Shown one piece after another: positions 1 through 9,220 of a DNA stretch of 64,000 bases. The position numbers and the translations under genes are program-made. Source of the DNA: Thermoproteota archaeon (GTDB lineage Archaea; Thermoproteota; Methanomethylicia; Culexarchaeales; Culexarchaeaceae); assembly GCA_020833005.1 (NCBI GenBank), contig JAJHRD010000002.1, positions 70,287 through 134,286 on the forward strand, written 5' to 3'. The notes under the pieces were generated by a model. The model was not told the DNA's origin and searched no databases. It saw nothing but the letters and a program-made list of their open reading frames with translations. Positions within the stretch are counted from its first letter, which is position 1; each line of letters opens with the position of its first letter.

Positions 1-237
1 CTAAGCCAAAACTTAAAGGAGAAAATAGAGGAATGGATAGAAGACCCTGAAACCTTAAAAATGGAAATAATATCCAGCGAAGACACCTTGCAAAGCGAGA
101 TAAGTCAAAGAATCGTAGATGTGATAAGTGAAGAAATGTTTGCGGAAATAGTATTCACATCATCAATAACAGGCGAGGGGGGAGATGCACTCCTAGGAAG
201 AATAGAGAGAATACTGGGGAAAACGATAATAGAATGA
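1..237 (+). CDS. 3' end of a gene running in from upstream (78 codons in frame 1, stop at 235-237). The tail reads ...FTSSITGEGGDALLGRIERILGK, which resembles the G5 and C-terminal region of a GTPase.
   Basis: Open frame 1 from base 1 to TGA at 235-237. The TSS-ITGEG motif resembles the SAK/TGEG end of GTP-binding proteins. Product is only a guess. Confidence 0.3.
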   Translation, partial: LSQNLKEKIEEWIEDPETLKMEIISSEDTLQSEISQRIVDVISEEMFAEIVFTSSITGEGGDALLGRIERILGKTIIE

Positions 238-295
238 GCAAAGCGTTTTTAAATTAGAGAAATTAAATTGGAGTGAGGTATGTGGGGAAACATCC

Positions 296-988
296 ATGGA
301 TGCAGCGAAGATAATTGAAAACGCATTAAGGGAAGGGAGAAAGTATTTAATGGAACATGAAGCAAAAAGCATATGCCAACAATATGGAATGAGCGTAACT
401 AGATTCAAGGTGGCAAAAGACCTTAATGAAGCACTAAAATACGCTGAAGAAATAGGGTATCCAGTGGTCTTTAAAATAGTTTCACCAGATATAATACATA
501 AAAGTGATGTGGGAGGGGTAATAGTAAACATAAAGAATGAAGAAGAAGCAAAAAATGCATATAAAAAGATCATGGAGAATGTGGCAAAAAACAAGCCAAA
601 TGCAAAAATAATAGGCATACTTGTACAGGAAATGGCCCCAGCAGGATTAGAGGTAATAGTGGGTGCAATAAAAGACCCACAATTTGGACATACAATAATG
701 TTTGGACTTGGTGGAATATTTGTTGAAATATTGAAAGATGTAACCTTCAGAATAGCCCCACTAACCATGGAAGACGCCATGGAAATGATAAGAGAAATTA
801 AGGGATACCCACTACTAAAGGGTTATAGAGGACAACCTCCAGCCGATGAAAATGCAATAATAGATACAATAATGAAAACATCAAAACTACTAACAGACCT
901 CCCACAAATAAGCCAATTAGACCTAAACCCAATATTCGTATACGAGAAAGGGGCAAAAATAGTGGATGCGAGGATAATACTAGAATGA
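296..988 (+). CDS. acdB: ADP-forming acetyl-CoA synthetase, beta subunit (ATP-grasp domain)
   Basis: 230 aa. Near-colinear with archaeal ACS beta: motifs EAKSI..YG.PV..FKVA, YPVVFKIVSPDIIHKSDVGGV, DPQFGHTIMFGLGGIFVEILKDV and LDLNPIF...VDARIIL. Confidence 0.8.
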   Translation: MDAAKIIENALREGRKYLMEHEAKSICQQYGMSVTRFKVAKDLNEALKYAEEIGYPVVFKIVSPDIIHKSDVGGVIVNIKNEEEAKNAYKKIMENVAKNKPNAKIIGILVQEMAPAGLEVIVGAIKDPQFGHTIMFGLGGIFVEILKDVTFRIAPLTMEDAMEMIREIKGYPLLKGYRGQPPADENAIIDTIMKTSKLLTDLPQISQLDLNPIFVYEKGAKIVDARIILE

Positions 989-1860
989 CCAACGAAGAAG
1001 ACATACTAAATGAAATAAGCAAACTAAGAGAAACATATAAGCAGTTAGAAGAGGAAAGAGGAAAACTATTAGAGGAGAAAAGGAGAAGAAAAGAGGAAAT
1101 AGATGGCCTAAACGAAAAGATAAGCGAAGAATACAAAGCAATTGAAGAGATTAATCAAAAAATATCAGAAAAAATAGAAAACAAGAAGAAACTAATACAA
1201 TTGTTAAAGGAGAAGAGCAAAGAAATAATGGATTTACGTAAAAAAAGAGAAGAAATAGTCAAACAAATTAGAGAAAACAGCTTGAAAACAAATAAAGACG
1301 AAATGGAGGTAAAAAGGGAAATAGAGGAATTAGAATGGAGACAACAAACAACAATAATGTCAAAAGAGGAGGAGGAAAGGATAATAAAAAGAATTGCAGA
1401 GCTAAGTAGACTATTAAAAAACATTGAAAAAACTAAGAAGGCAAAGGACGAATACACTGAAATTAAGAGGAAGATAAACGAAAAAGTAATGGAAAGGGAG
1501 GATATTAAAAGAAAGGTGGATGAGATAAGTAAAGAGATAAACGAAATAATAAAGGAGAAGGAGGAAAGGAGAAAGGAAATTGACAAGTTAAAGGAGGAAA
1601 AGCAAAGGAAAACAAATGAATTGAATGAAGTGGATAACCGCATAAAAGACGTATTAAAGGAAGAGGAAAGGATAAGAGAGAGAATTGTGGAATTGCAAGC
1701 AGAAATGAGTAAGATAAAATTCATTAAAAGAAGAGAGGAGGAGATGAAGATAAAGGAGGATCTGGCTAGAAGGGCCCGTGAAAAGATTAAGAGGAAGGAG
1801 AAACTGAGTTTCGAAGAATTCCAAGCATTAATGGAAATGGATGAAAATCATCAACTATAA
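985..1860 (+). CDS. Archaeal coiled-coil protein (COG1340-like), highly K/E-rich
   Basis: 291 aa with long heptad-like K/E/R/I repeats. Its start overlaps the acdB stop as ATGA. Confidence 0.55.
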   Translation: MTNEEDILNEISKLRETYKQLEEERGKLLEEKRRRKEEIDGLNEKISEEYKAIEEINQKISEKIENKKKLIQLLKEKSKEIMDLRKKREEIVKQIRENSLKTNKDEMEVKREIEELEWRQQTTIMSKEEEERIIKRIAELSRLLKNIEKTKKAKDEYTEIKRKINEKVMEREDIKRKVDEISKEINEIIKEKEERRKEIDKLKEEKQRKTNELNEVDNRIKDVLKEEERIRERIVELQAEMSKIKFIKRREEEMKIKEDLARRAREKIKRKEKLSFEEFQALMEMDENHQL

Positions 1861-1894
1861 GTATAACCAAAAAATACTATTTTATGGTATTTGA

Positions 1895-2992
1895 ATGAAA
1901 GAAAACGCTGAGAAATTACTCATAATATGTGTAGATAAAGATAATGATGTGGGGAAGGCTACTGGATTCAAAACACCCATAATAGGGAGAGAGAAAAATA
2001 TTGAAGCTGCCGTGAAATTTGCAATAACATCCCCAGAAGACTCCGATGTGAATGCAATATTCGCAGCTATAAAGGTTTATGATGAATTGAAACGCAACAA
2101 TATGGAATGTGAAATTGCAACCATTGCAGGTGAAGCAGAAGGGGGATTAAAATCAGATATAAAGATAAGGGATGAACTAAATGAAGTTTTAAAATCATAT
2201 CAAGCCACCGGAGCAATATTTGTAAGTGACGGGGCGGCAGATGAACTAATAATACCAATAATACAATCAAGAATACCAATAGTATCAGTTAAAAGAATAA
2301 TAGTACAACAAGAGAGAGGGGTTGAAGAATCATACATACTATTTGCAAGATACCTAAGAAAGATCGTTGAAGAATCACAATACGCAAGAATATTCCTAGG
2401 AATACCTGGATTATTATTCCTATCAATGGCAATACTGATAGTCACAGGATACTCCCAGTATGCGGGTATGGGGGCATTATTCATTGTTGGCATAACATTC
2501 ATAATACGTGGATTCTCCATAGATACGCATGTAATTGGATGGCTAAAGTCCTCCCCAGTAATATTCTTCTCAAGCCTCATGGGGGTAATAACAATACTAA
2601 TATCAATGTATATGGGCGTGGGGAAAGTATTATCCGAAGTTGCTGTAAACCCAAATTTAATGGGTAATATAGCTGGGATGGCTGGAACATTCATAGACGT
2701 ATCAAGCGACATAATCCTAATAGGCTTCTCCATAATAGTTGGAGGTAGAATTATTGAGAAAGTATTGAGGAAGAGTAGTAAAGTTTGGCATGACATAGTT
2801 AGTTTAACATTCATAATAACTGTAAGGCCACTATTAAAGGGGGTTGCAGAAACACTAATAAAGCAAGAATACTCCATTCAAGCCATTCTAACACCACTAA
2901 TAATACCAACGGTCACCACAATAACCCTAATAATACTCTTCACATTAATAGAGGGGGTAATCTCAAAGAGAGGGGGGAGGGGAGGGAAATGA
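1895..2992 (+). CDS. DUF373-family membrane protein (soluble N-terminal domain plus C-terminal multi-pass transmembrane region)
   Basis: 365 aa. N-terminus LLIICVDKDNDVGKATG is followed by about six hydrophobic segments. Family assignment is from memory of the DUF373 architecture. Confidence 0.45.
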   Translation: MKENAEKLLIICVDKDNDVGKATGFKTPIIGREKNIEAAVKFAITSPEDSDVNAIFAAIKVYDELKRNNMECEIATIAGEAEGGLKSDIKIRDELNEVLKSYQATGAIFVSDGAADELIIPIIQSRIPIVSVKRIIVQQERGVEESYILFARYLRKIVEESQYARIFLGIPGLLFLSMAILIVTGYSQYAGMGALFIVGITFIIRGFSIDTHVIGWLKSSPVIFFSSLMGVITILISMYMGVGKVLSEVAVNPNLMGNIAGMAGTFIDVSSDIILIGFSIIVGGRIIEKVLRKSSKVWHDIVSLTFIITVRPLLKGVAETLIKQEYSIQAILTPLIIPTVTTITLIILFTLIEGVISKRGGRGGK

Positions 2993-3738
2993 AGATTAGA
3001 ATTGGAATCATTGGAGGATCTGGACTTGAAAATGCAATAGAGGGAGAAAGAGTATTGGTGAATACACCATATGGTGATGTACTTGTCAAAGTAGGTGTTA
3101 TGGTAAATGAGAAAGTTGCATTTATACCTAGACATGGAGAAAGACATGAAACCCCACCACACAAAGTGAACTATAGAGGAAACTTATGGGCATTGAAAAC
3201 TCTTGGGGTTGAAAGGGTGATAGCTACGAATGCCGTTGGAGGGATAAGGGATGGTCTAAACCCAGGAGACCTACTTATACCACATGACTTCATAGACTTC
3301 ACAAAGGGGAGAACATACACATTTTACGATCAAAAAGCAGTTCATGTAGATTTAACAACACCATACTGCCCAGAGATTAGAAGGATAATCATTGAAGTTG
3401 CTGAGGAAATGGGCATCAAAATTTGGGATGGTGGAGTATATGTATGTACGGAGGGACCTAGATTTGAAACCCCCTCTGAAATAAGGATGTTTAGACTTTT
3501 AGGAGCAGATGTGGTAGGTATGACTGGAGTCCCAGAGGTCATTCTGGCAAGAGAATTGAAAATGTGTTATGCAACAATATGCGTAATTACAAATTACGCT
3601 GCTGGAATGCAGAAGAGGATATCACATGAAGAGGTAAATGAAATTATGAGGGGAAAAACGAGGGTTATTGTTGAAATTATGAACAAAGTTGTCCAGAAAA
3701 TACCAGTTGAACGCAAAAATTGTATGTGTGGATTATAG
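2989..3738 (+). CDS. mtnP: 5'-methylthioadenosine/purine nucleoside phosphorylase
   Basis: 249 aa. MKIRIGIIGGSGLE N-terminus and HGERHETPPHKVNYRGNLWALK, typical of the MTAP/PNP family. Start overlaps the previous stop as ATGA. Confidence 0.85.
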   Translation: MKIRIGIIGGSGLENAIEGERVLVNTPYGDVLVKVGVMVNEKVAFIPRHGERHETPPHKVNYRGNLWALKTLGVERVIATNAVGGIRDGLNPGDLLIPHDFIDFTKGRTYTFYDQKAVHVDLTTPYCPEIRRIIIEVAEEMGIKIWDGGVYVCTEGPRFETPSEIRMFRLLGADVVGMTGVPEVILARELKMCYATICVITNYAAGMQKRISHEEVNEIMRGKTRVIVEIMNKVVQKIPVERKNCMCGL

Positions 3739-3749
3739 GGGACTAATAT

Positions 3750-4838
3750 TTAGAAGAACACTCTCTCCAAGCTATTAAGAATCTCACATCCACCTTCACG
3801 CACCAAAGCCATCTCCTCAACCCTAACGCCACCAACCCCCTTAATGTATATCCCAGGCTCTATGGTAACGATGCTACCACTGGGTAGAGGTGAATTATTC
3901 CTGGAATTCAACCCAGGTTCTTCGTGAACTGCTAAACCAACACCATGACCGAGACTATGCGTGAAATATTTTCCATAACCATACTTCTCTATTACACGTC
4001 TAGCAGCAGCATCAACCTCAGCTCCAGTAACCCCTGCTGAAAGGACATCCACAGCAGCATCTATGGCTTCAAGCACAAGGGTGAACATCTTCTTCAAATC
4101 CTCATTTATGGAGCCTACTGTAATGGTTCTAGTTATATCTGAACAGTATCCACCATACTTAGCGCCAACATCTATAACCACCAATTCACCTTGACAAACC
4201 CTTTTCTGTGTTGTGGAAGCATGTGGAAAAGCTGAACGAACCCCAGAAGCCACTATACTATCAAAAGCATACCCCTCAGAACCAGCTCTCCTCATAGCAT
4301 ACTCAATTTCACCTGCAATCTCCACTTCACTCATCCCTTCATGTAAAACACTCAATAAATGTTTAATGCTCTTCTCAGATATGCTTAAAGCCTTTCTAAT
4401 CAAATCAATCTCCTCAGAATCCTTTACAGACCTAATCTGCAATATGGATGTTGAGAAATCCATGAATTCAGATACATTCAATTTCTTAGCCAATGTGGAA
4501 TACATATCAATATTCATGTACTGGCGTTCCACCGCAATATTCCCACTTACATGAAGCTCCGTCAACTTAGAATTAATAACATCAGATAAACTCATATCTG
4601 CCTTTAGGGGGATTACTACACCATGCTTAAATGTCTCTGTAGCTTCATCAAACTCCAGCTCCGAAACTAACAATATAGGGTCAGCATCTATGGGAACTAT
4701 TAGGCTCCTACCCCTAGGGAATCCCGTCAAGTAATATATGTTCAATGAATTAAATAGTATTGCAGCTTTAGCCCCCCTCTTTTCAATCTCTCCACGTACC
4801 ATCGCTAAACGTTTCCTAAACGTTTGAATTGATGGCAA
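3750..4838 (-). CDS. Xaa-Pro aminopeptidase or prolidase (peptidase family M24)
   Basis: 362 aa. Pita-bread fold signatures HSLGHGVGLAVHEEP and VTIEPGIY, with an N-terminal creatinase-like domain. Confidence 0.8.
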   Translation of the reverse strand: MPSIQTFRKRLAMVRGEIEKRGAKAAILFNSLNIYYLTGFPRGRSLIVPIDADPILLVSELEFDEATETFKHGVVIPLKADMSLSDVINSKLTELHVSGNIAVERQYMNIDMYSTLAKKLNVSEFMDFSTSILQIRSVKDSEEIDLIRKALSISEKSIKHLLSVLHEGMSEVEIAGEIEYAMRRAGSEGYAFDSIVASGVRSAFPHASTTQKRVCQGELVVIDVGAKYGGYCSDITRTITVGSINEDLKKMFTLVLEAIDAAVDVLSAGVTGAEVDAAARRVIEKYGYGKYFTHSLGHGVGLAVHEEPGLNSRNNSPLPSGSIVTIEPGIYIKGVGGVRVEEMALVREGGCEILNSLERVFF

Positions 4839-4911
4839 AATGACACCAAAAATATAATTGAGGAAACTTAAAATTTAAATACATTGTTTTGGGATTTATC
4901 ATCCACCCATA

Positions 4912-5937
4912 TTAACAGATTCTGGGGAGCTGCGACCCAATTGGTGGCGGAACAACTCTACTCCCACCAATTACGGTTTCCATAACAACATACCCCTTAG
5001 GGCTACTCCTAACTTCACCAATTATGCTTGCAGATTCACACCCTTTAAATCTCCTTATCCTATTTAGGATGTCATCTGCATATGCTGGATCCACACTTAA
5101 AACAGCTCTACCCTCACAGGCTAAGTATAGGGGGTCTAAACCCATCATCTCACATACGGCTTTAACCTCAGATCTAATTGGTATCTTGGATTCATCGATC
5201 CATATACCAACATTACATTTACTTGCCCAAACATTTAAAGCCTCAGCTAAACCCCCCCTCGTGGGATCTTTAGCGGCATGAACACCTCCAACTTCAAGTG
5301 CAGCTTCCATCACATTATATATTGCAGCAACATCAGATTTGATTTCCCCAATAAATGATAACCCTTCCCTAACAGACATTAAGGCAATTTCATGTTCACC
5401 AATACTACCAGTAACAATTATCTTATCCCCACACTTAACGCCACGATCAGTTATAATTTTACCCCTTGGCACTATTCCAATTCCACTCATTCCAATAACT
5501 ATTTTATCCAACTTACCCTTAGGTATAACTTTAAAATCTCCCCCCACAATGGCAACATTATTTTCCTCAGCCGTCTTAATCATCGAGTTAACAATTAGTT
5601 CAAGATCCTTCATTGGAAACCCCTCTTCAACAATTATATTATCCATTATGGCAAGGGGCTTAGCACCCATAACAGCAAGATCGTTAATTGTACCACATAC
5701 AGCTAAAACACCAATATCCCCACCTGGGAAGAATATTGGATCAACAGTGTAACCATCTGATGTCATAACCAGTTCAAAATCACCTATGGGGATTGATGCA
5801 CCATCATCAAAATCCCTCAACCCCACACCCCCAAAAACATTATGAAGCTTAACTCTATTAACAAAAAGCTTATCAATGAGCTTATCAGTCAGTTGCCCAC
5901 CACTACCATGGAAAAGCTTTACAAACTCATCAGACAT
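4912..5937 (-). CDS. hypE: Hydrogenase maturation protein HypE
   Basis: HGSGG motif near the N-terminus, DPIFFPGGDIG, and the diagnostic C-terminal PRIC. Start trimmed to the ATG at 5937 (MSDEFVKLFHGSGG), because the longer ORF begins with a hydrophobic non-homologous extension. Confidence 0.8.
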   Translation of the reverse strand: MSDEFVKLFHGSGGQLTDKLIDKLFVNRVKLHNVFGGVGLRDFDDGASIPIGDFELVMTSDGYTVDPIFFPGGDIGVLAVCGTINDLAVMGAKPLAIMDNIIVEEGFPMKDLELIVNSMIKTAEENNVAIVGGDFKVIPKGKLDKIVIGMSGIGIVPRGKIITDRGVKCGDKIIVTGSIGEHEIALMSVREGLSFIGEIKSDVAAIYNVMEAALEVGGVHAAKDPTRGGLAEALNVWASKCNVGIWIDESKIPIRSEVKAVCEMMGLDPLYLACEGRAVLSVDPAYADDILNRIRRFKGCESASIIGEVRSSPKGYVVMETVIGGSRVVPPPIGSQLPRIC

Positions 5938-6010
5938 AATCGTGAACCAAAACATAATACTTAAAAGTATGAGATAAAAATATCGTGATGGCACAGTGAG
6001 GGTGAAATAA

Positions 6011-6409
6011 TTGAGCTACTACCAAGGGAATGACCTTAAAAAACCATCAGGAGGAAGAAAGAGGCCTTATAGGGAAAAGAGGAAATATGAATTGGGGAGA
6101 CCTCCCACAAACACCATTCTCAGCGAAAATGATGAGAGAGTGAAAATTAGAGTTCGTGGTGGAAACATAAAAGTGAGGGAGAAGAAGGCTGCCTACGCAA
6201 ATGTGGCAATAACTGATGAAAGTGGGAGAAAGGTGGTCAAGGTGAAGATTACACGAGTAAAGAGCAACCCAGCAAATCCAGAATACGCAAGAAGAGGGAT
6301 AATAACGAAAGGGGCAATTATAGAGACACCAATAGGAGAAGCAAAAGTTACCTCAAGACCAGGTCAACATGGAGTTATAAATGCAGTATTAATCAAAAAG
6401 ATAAGCTAA
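6011..6409 (+). CDS. rps8e: Ribosomal protein S8e
   Basis: 132 aa. [27 protein letters not shown] and [13 protein letters not shown] start. Confidence 0.9.
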   Translation: MSYYQGNDLKKPSGGRKRPYREKRKYELGRPPTNTILSENDERVKIRVRGGNIKVREKKAAYANVAITDESGRKVVKVKITRVKSNPANPEYARRGIITKGAIIETPIGEAKVTSRPGQHGVINAVLIKKIS

Positions 6410-6495
6410 AAACAGTAATGAGTAATAAGGAAGACAAACATCCTATAATAGATAGCCTTCAAAATATAAATTTATGAGGAAATAATGAAATTAAG

Positions 6496-6873
6496 GTGAT
6501 AAACATTAATGGAGCTAATGCATATACAGGTAAGGAAACTGTGAAAAGAAGGAAGAGTATAATATGGCCAGCATACATAGATGCAACATTAACCAGAAAA
6601 TATGGGAGGAGGATTCCAAAGGACATGGCAGTACCAAACCCAACAATAGAGGAAATGGAGGCAGCAGCAAAGGAGCTGAAAATGAAGTACACCGTGGAAA
6701 AGGGTAAAAAATATCCAAAAACGTGGTTTAAGTCTGAAGGAAGAATAATAATAGAGGAAACGGGGAGGAAGACGGAGATTATTAAGAAATTGGCATTAAC
6801 AATAAGTAAAATGAGAATTGAAAAACAAAGAATTAAAGAATCTGAGAAAAGCAAAGGTAAAAAAGCGGATTAG
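6496..6873 (+). CDS. srp19: Signal recognition particle protein SRP19
   Basis: 125 aa. IWPAYIDATLTRKYGRRIP is the SRP19 signature. GTG start. Confidence 0.85.
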   Translation: MININGANAYTGKETVKRRKSIIWPAYIDATLTRKYGRRIPKDMAVPNPTIEEMEAAAKELKMKYTVEKGKKYPKTWFKSEGRIIIEETGRKTEIIKKLALTISKMRIEKQRIKESEKSKGKKAD

Positions 6874-6962
6874 AATTAGTAAATGAAGCTTTTTGCTTAA
6901 AATCACAATAAACTTATAAGTTTATTCAACAGTAAGAATTATGTTGAAGTGGAGATGATCCC

Positions 6963-7190
6963 TTGACGCATGCAGGTAAAATCCTGCATAAAGTGAATGA
7001 AAGGCTAATTCTAGCGAGAGCAAAAAAAGCTCCAAAAACAGATTCAAAGGTATATGATGCTGATGGGAAAATCATTGGAAGCGTATACGAAGTATTTGGA
7101 CCAGTAAAAAACCCATACATCCTAATAAAGGTATCAAATGAAAAGTCAACCCCCAAAATAAAGGGGGATAAAGTATACTTCGAAGAGTAG
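6963..7190 (+). CDS. gar1: H/ACA ribonucleoprotein component Gar1
   Basis: 75 aa. GKILHKV...[18 protein letters not shown] matches archaeal Gar1. TTG start assumed. Confidence 0.75.
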   Translation: MTHAGKILHKVNERLILARAKKAPKTDSKVYDADGKIIGSVYEVFGPVKNPYILIKVSNEKSTPKIKGDKVYFEE

Positions 7191-7201
7191 GAGGAAGATT
7201 A

Positions 7202-8125
7202 ATGGGGGAGCCGGATAAAACCGTAAAAATATGTCCAGAATGCGGGAGCACAAATCTAATTAGAGATGAAGAAAGAGCTGAAATAACATGTCTAAATTGT
7301 GGATTAGTAATAAGTGAAAGGATGATGGATCCAGGACCTGAATGGAGAGCATTCAATCCGGAGCAAAAGGAGAAGAGAACCCGTGTGGGGGCACCACTCA
7401 CATTAACAATACATGATAAAGGATTATCAACTATAATTGATTGGAGGGATAAAGACAGCTATGGTAAAGACCTAACACCAAAAAGGAGGGCACAAGTATA
7501 TAGATTGAGGAAATGGCAGAGGAGAATTAGAATATCAGATGCCACGGAAAGAAACCTCGCATTCGCATTACAAGAAATAGAGAGGATAACATCCCAACTT
7601 GGACTGCCAAAAAGCATACATGAAGAAGCTGCACTAATATATAGGAGAGCTGTGGAAGAAAAACTCGTTAGAGGTAGATCGGTGGAAAGCATGGCTGCAG
7701 CAGCCATATACGCTGCTTGCAGAAAATATGGTGTACCAAGAACTCTTGATGAAATAACGAAAGTCGCTAGGGTAAATAAGAAGGATATAGGGAGAAGCTA
7801 TAGATTCATGGCTAGAGAACTCATAAAGAAGGTAAACCCAACAAACCCCGTCGAATACATACCAAGACTTGCAACACAACTAGGACTTGTGGGGGACGTA
7901 CAAATACATGCAAAGAGAATAGTGGATATAGCGAAGAACAATGGATTAACATCAGGCAGAGGCCCCATAGGAGTTGCTGCAGCAGCAATATACATAGCAA
8001 GCGTGATATTAAATGAAAAGAAAACGCAAAGAGAAATAGCAAACGTAGCAGGAGTCACTGAAGTAACAATTAGGAATAGATATAAAGAATTGGCTGAGAA
8101 AATAGCCATAGACATACCACTTTAA
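7202..8125 (+). CDS. tfb: Transcription initiation factor TFB (TFIIB homologue)
   Basis: 307 aa. N-terminal zinc ribbon CPECGS...CLNCG, B-finger region DPGPEWRAF, and two cyclin-fold repeats. The sequence closely matches Sulfolobus TFB1 as I recall it. Confidence 0.95.
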   Translation: MGEPDKTVKICPECGSTNLIRDEERAEITCLNCGLVISERMMDPGPEWRAFNPEQKEKRTRVGAPLTLTIHDKGLSTIIDWRDKDSYGKDLTPKRRAQVYRLRKWQRRIRISDATERNLAFALQEIERITSQLGLPKSIHEEAALIYRRAVEEKLVRGRSVESMAAAAIYAACRKYGVPRTLDEITKVARVNKKDIGRSYRFMARELIKKVNPTNPVEYIPRLATQLGLVGDVQIHAKRIVDIAKNNGLTSGRGPIGVAAAAIYIASVILNEKKTQREIANVAGVTEVTIRNRYKELAEKIAIDIPL

Positions 8126-8217
8126 ACCACGAAACACAATTCATTTACAATTTAAAATATAAATTAGTTTGAATTATCATAATATTAACTGAAAATTATT
8201 GGAGTAGATGATATAAA

Positions 8218-8619
8218 ATGCCTAAAGCAGTAAAACTCAGCGAACTGGAGAAGAAGGCCATAGAAATAATCATTAAGAGAGGGGAAAATGGGATAATGCA
8301 AAGCGAATTATGGAAAATCCTTGGAACAGATAGTAGAGAGGGGTCGAGAATAGCTATCAGACTGGAAAAGAAGGGATTTGTGACTAGAGAACCAATAATA
8401 CATGAAGGAAAACATACATATATACTTAAAATCGTTAAAAAGGAGCCTAAGAAGATATCAATATCAAGTGTAAAAGGGATACCATGCTTCACATGCCCAA
8501 TAATAACGAAGTGCGGTCAAGGAGGCGAAGTAAATCCAATTACATGTCAAAAAATGACGGATTGGATTATAAGTCAGGTGGAGGGAATGGAGGAAATTGA
8601 AGGGGGGACACCACAATAG
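8218..8619 (+). CDS. Small winged-helix DNA-binding protein with a C-terminal Cys-rich tail
   Basis: 133 aa. KAIEIIIKRGENGIMQSELWKILG...IRLEKKGFV reads as a wHTH. C-terminal CFTCPIITKCGQGG...ITC gives four Cys. Confidence 0.4.
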   Translation: MPKAVKLSELEKKAIEIIIKRGENGIMQSELWKILGTDSREGSRIAIRLEKKGFVTREPIIHEGKHTYILKIVKKEPKKISISSVKGIPCFTCPIITKCGQGGEVNPITCQKMTDWIISQVEGMEEIEGGTPQ

Positions 8620-8620
8620 A

Positions 8621-9220
8621 ATGGATTACTACTATCGAAAAGCAAAAGCCGAAGGTTATAGATCTAGGGCAGCATACAAATTGAAGGAGATAAATGAGAA
8701 ATATAATGTCATTAGGAGAGGAAACATAGTTGTAGACTTGGGAGCTGCACCTGGAGGATGGATACAAGTTTCAAGAGAAATTGTAGGGGATGATGGGCTA
8801 GTGATAGGTGTAGATATAAATGAAATAGAGAAGTTCCCATGGAGTAATGTCATAACAATACAAGCAGACATAACAGATGAAAAGATAGTGGAGATTATAA
8901 GGAGCGTAATCCCTAATGGGCGCATGGTAGACGTGGTACTATCAGATGCAGCCCCAAAAATTTCTGGAATATGGGATACTGATCATGCAAGACAAATATT
9001 CATAGCAGAAAATGCATTAAAAATAGCTAAAGAATTACTGAAACCAGATGGAAGATGTGTAATAAAGGTTTTTCAAGGCCCTCTATTAAACGATTTCATA
9101 AATAAAGTTAAAGGAGAATTCGTAGAGGTTAAAATATTCAAGCCAAGCGCTTCGAGGAAGGAGAGTTCAGAAGTATATGTGATAGCTAAGAGGAGGAAGA
9201 TTTCACTAAGTCAAAAATGA
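8621..9220 (+). CDS. rlmE: rRNA (uridine-2'-O)-methyltransferase RlmE/FtsJ
   Basis: MDYYYRKAK...YRSRAAYKL..VVDLGAAPGGW..DVVLSDAAP are FtsJ motifs. Start trimmed to the ATG at 8621, immediately after the upstream stop. Confidence 0.85.
   Translation: MDYYYRKAKAEGYRSRAAYKLKEINEKYNVIRRGNIVVDLGAAPGGWIQVSREIVGDDGLVIGVDINEIEKFPWSNVITIQADITDEKIVEIIRSVIPNGRMVDVVLSDAAPKISGIWDTDHARQIFIAENALKIAKELLKPDGRCVIKVFQGPLLNDFINKVKGEFVEVKIFKPSASRKESSEVYVIAKRRKISLSQK

Noticed and set aside
193-2877. Several minus-strand ORFs (193-780, 798-1136, 1155-1724, 2067-2279, 2200-2877) rich in S/F/L/I
   Set aside because: They are antisense to the well-supported acdB, coiled-coil and DUF373 genes. They have low complexity and no homology, as is typical of AT-rich genomes.
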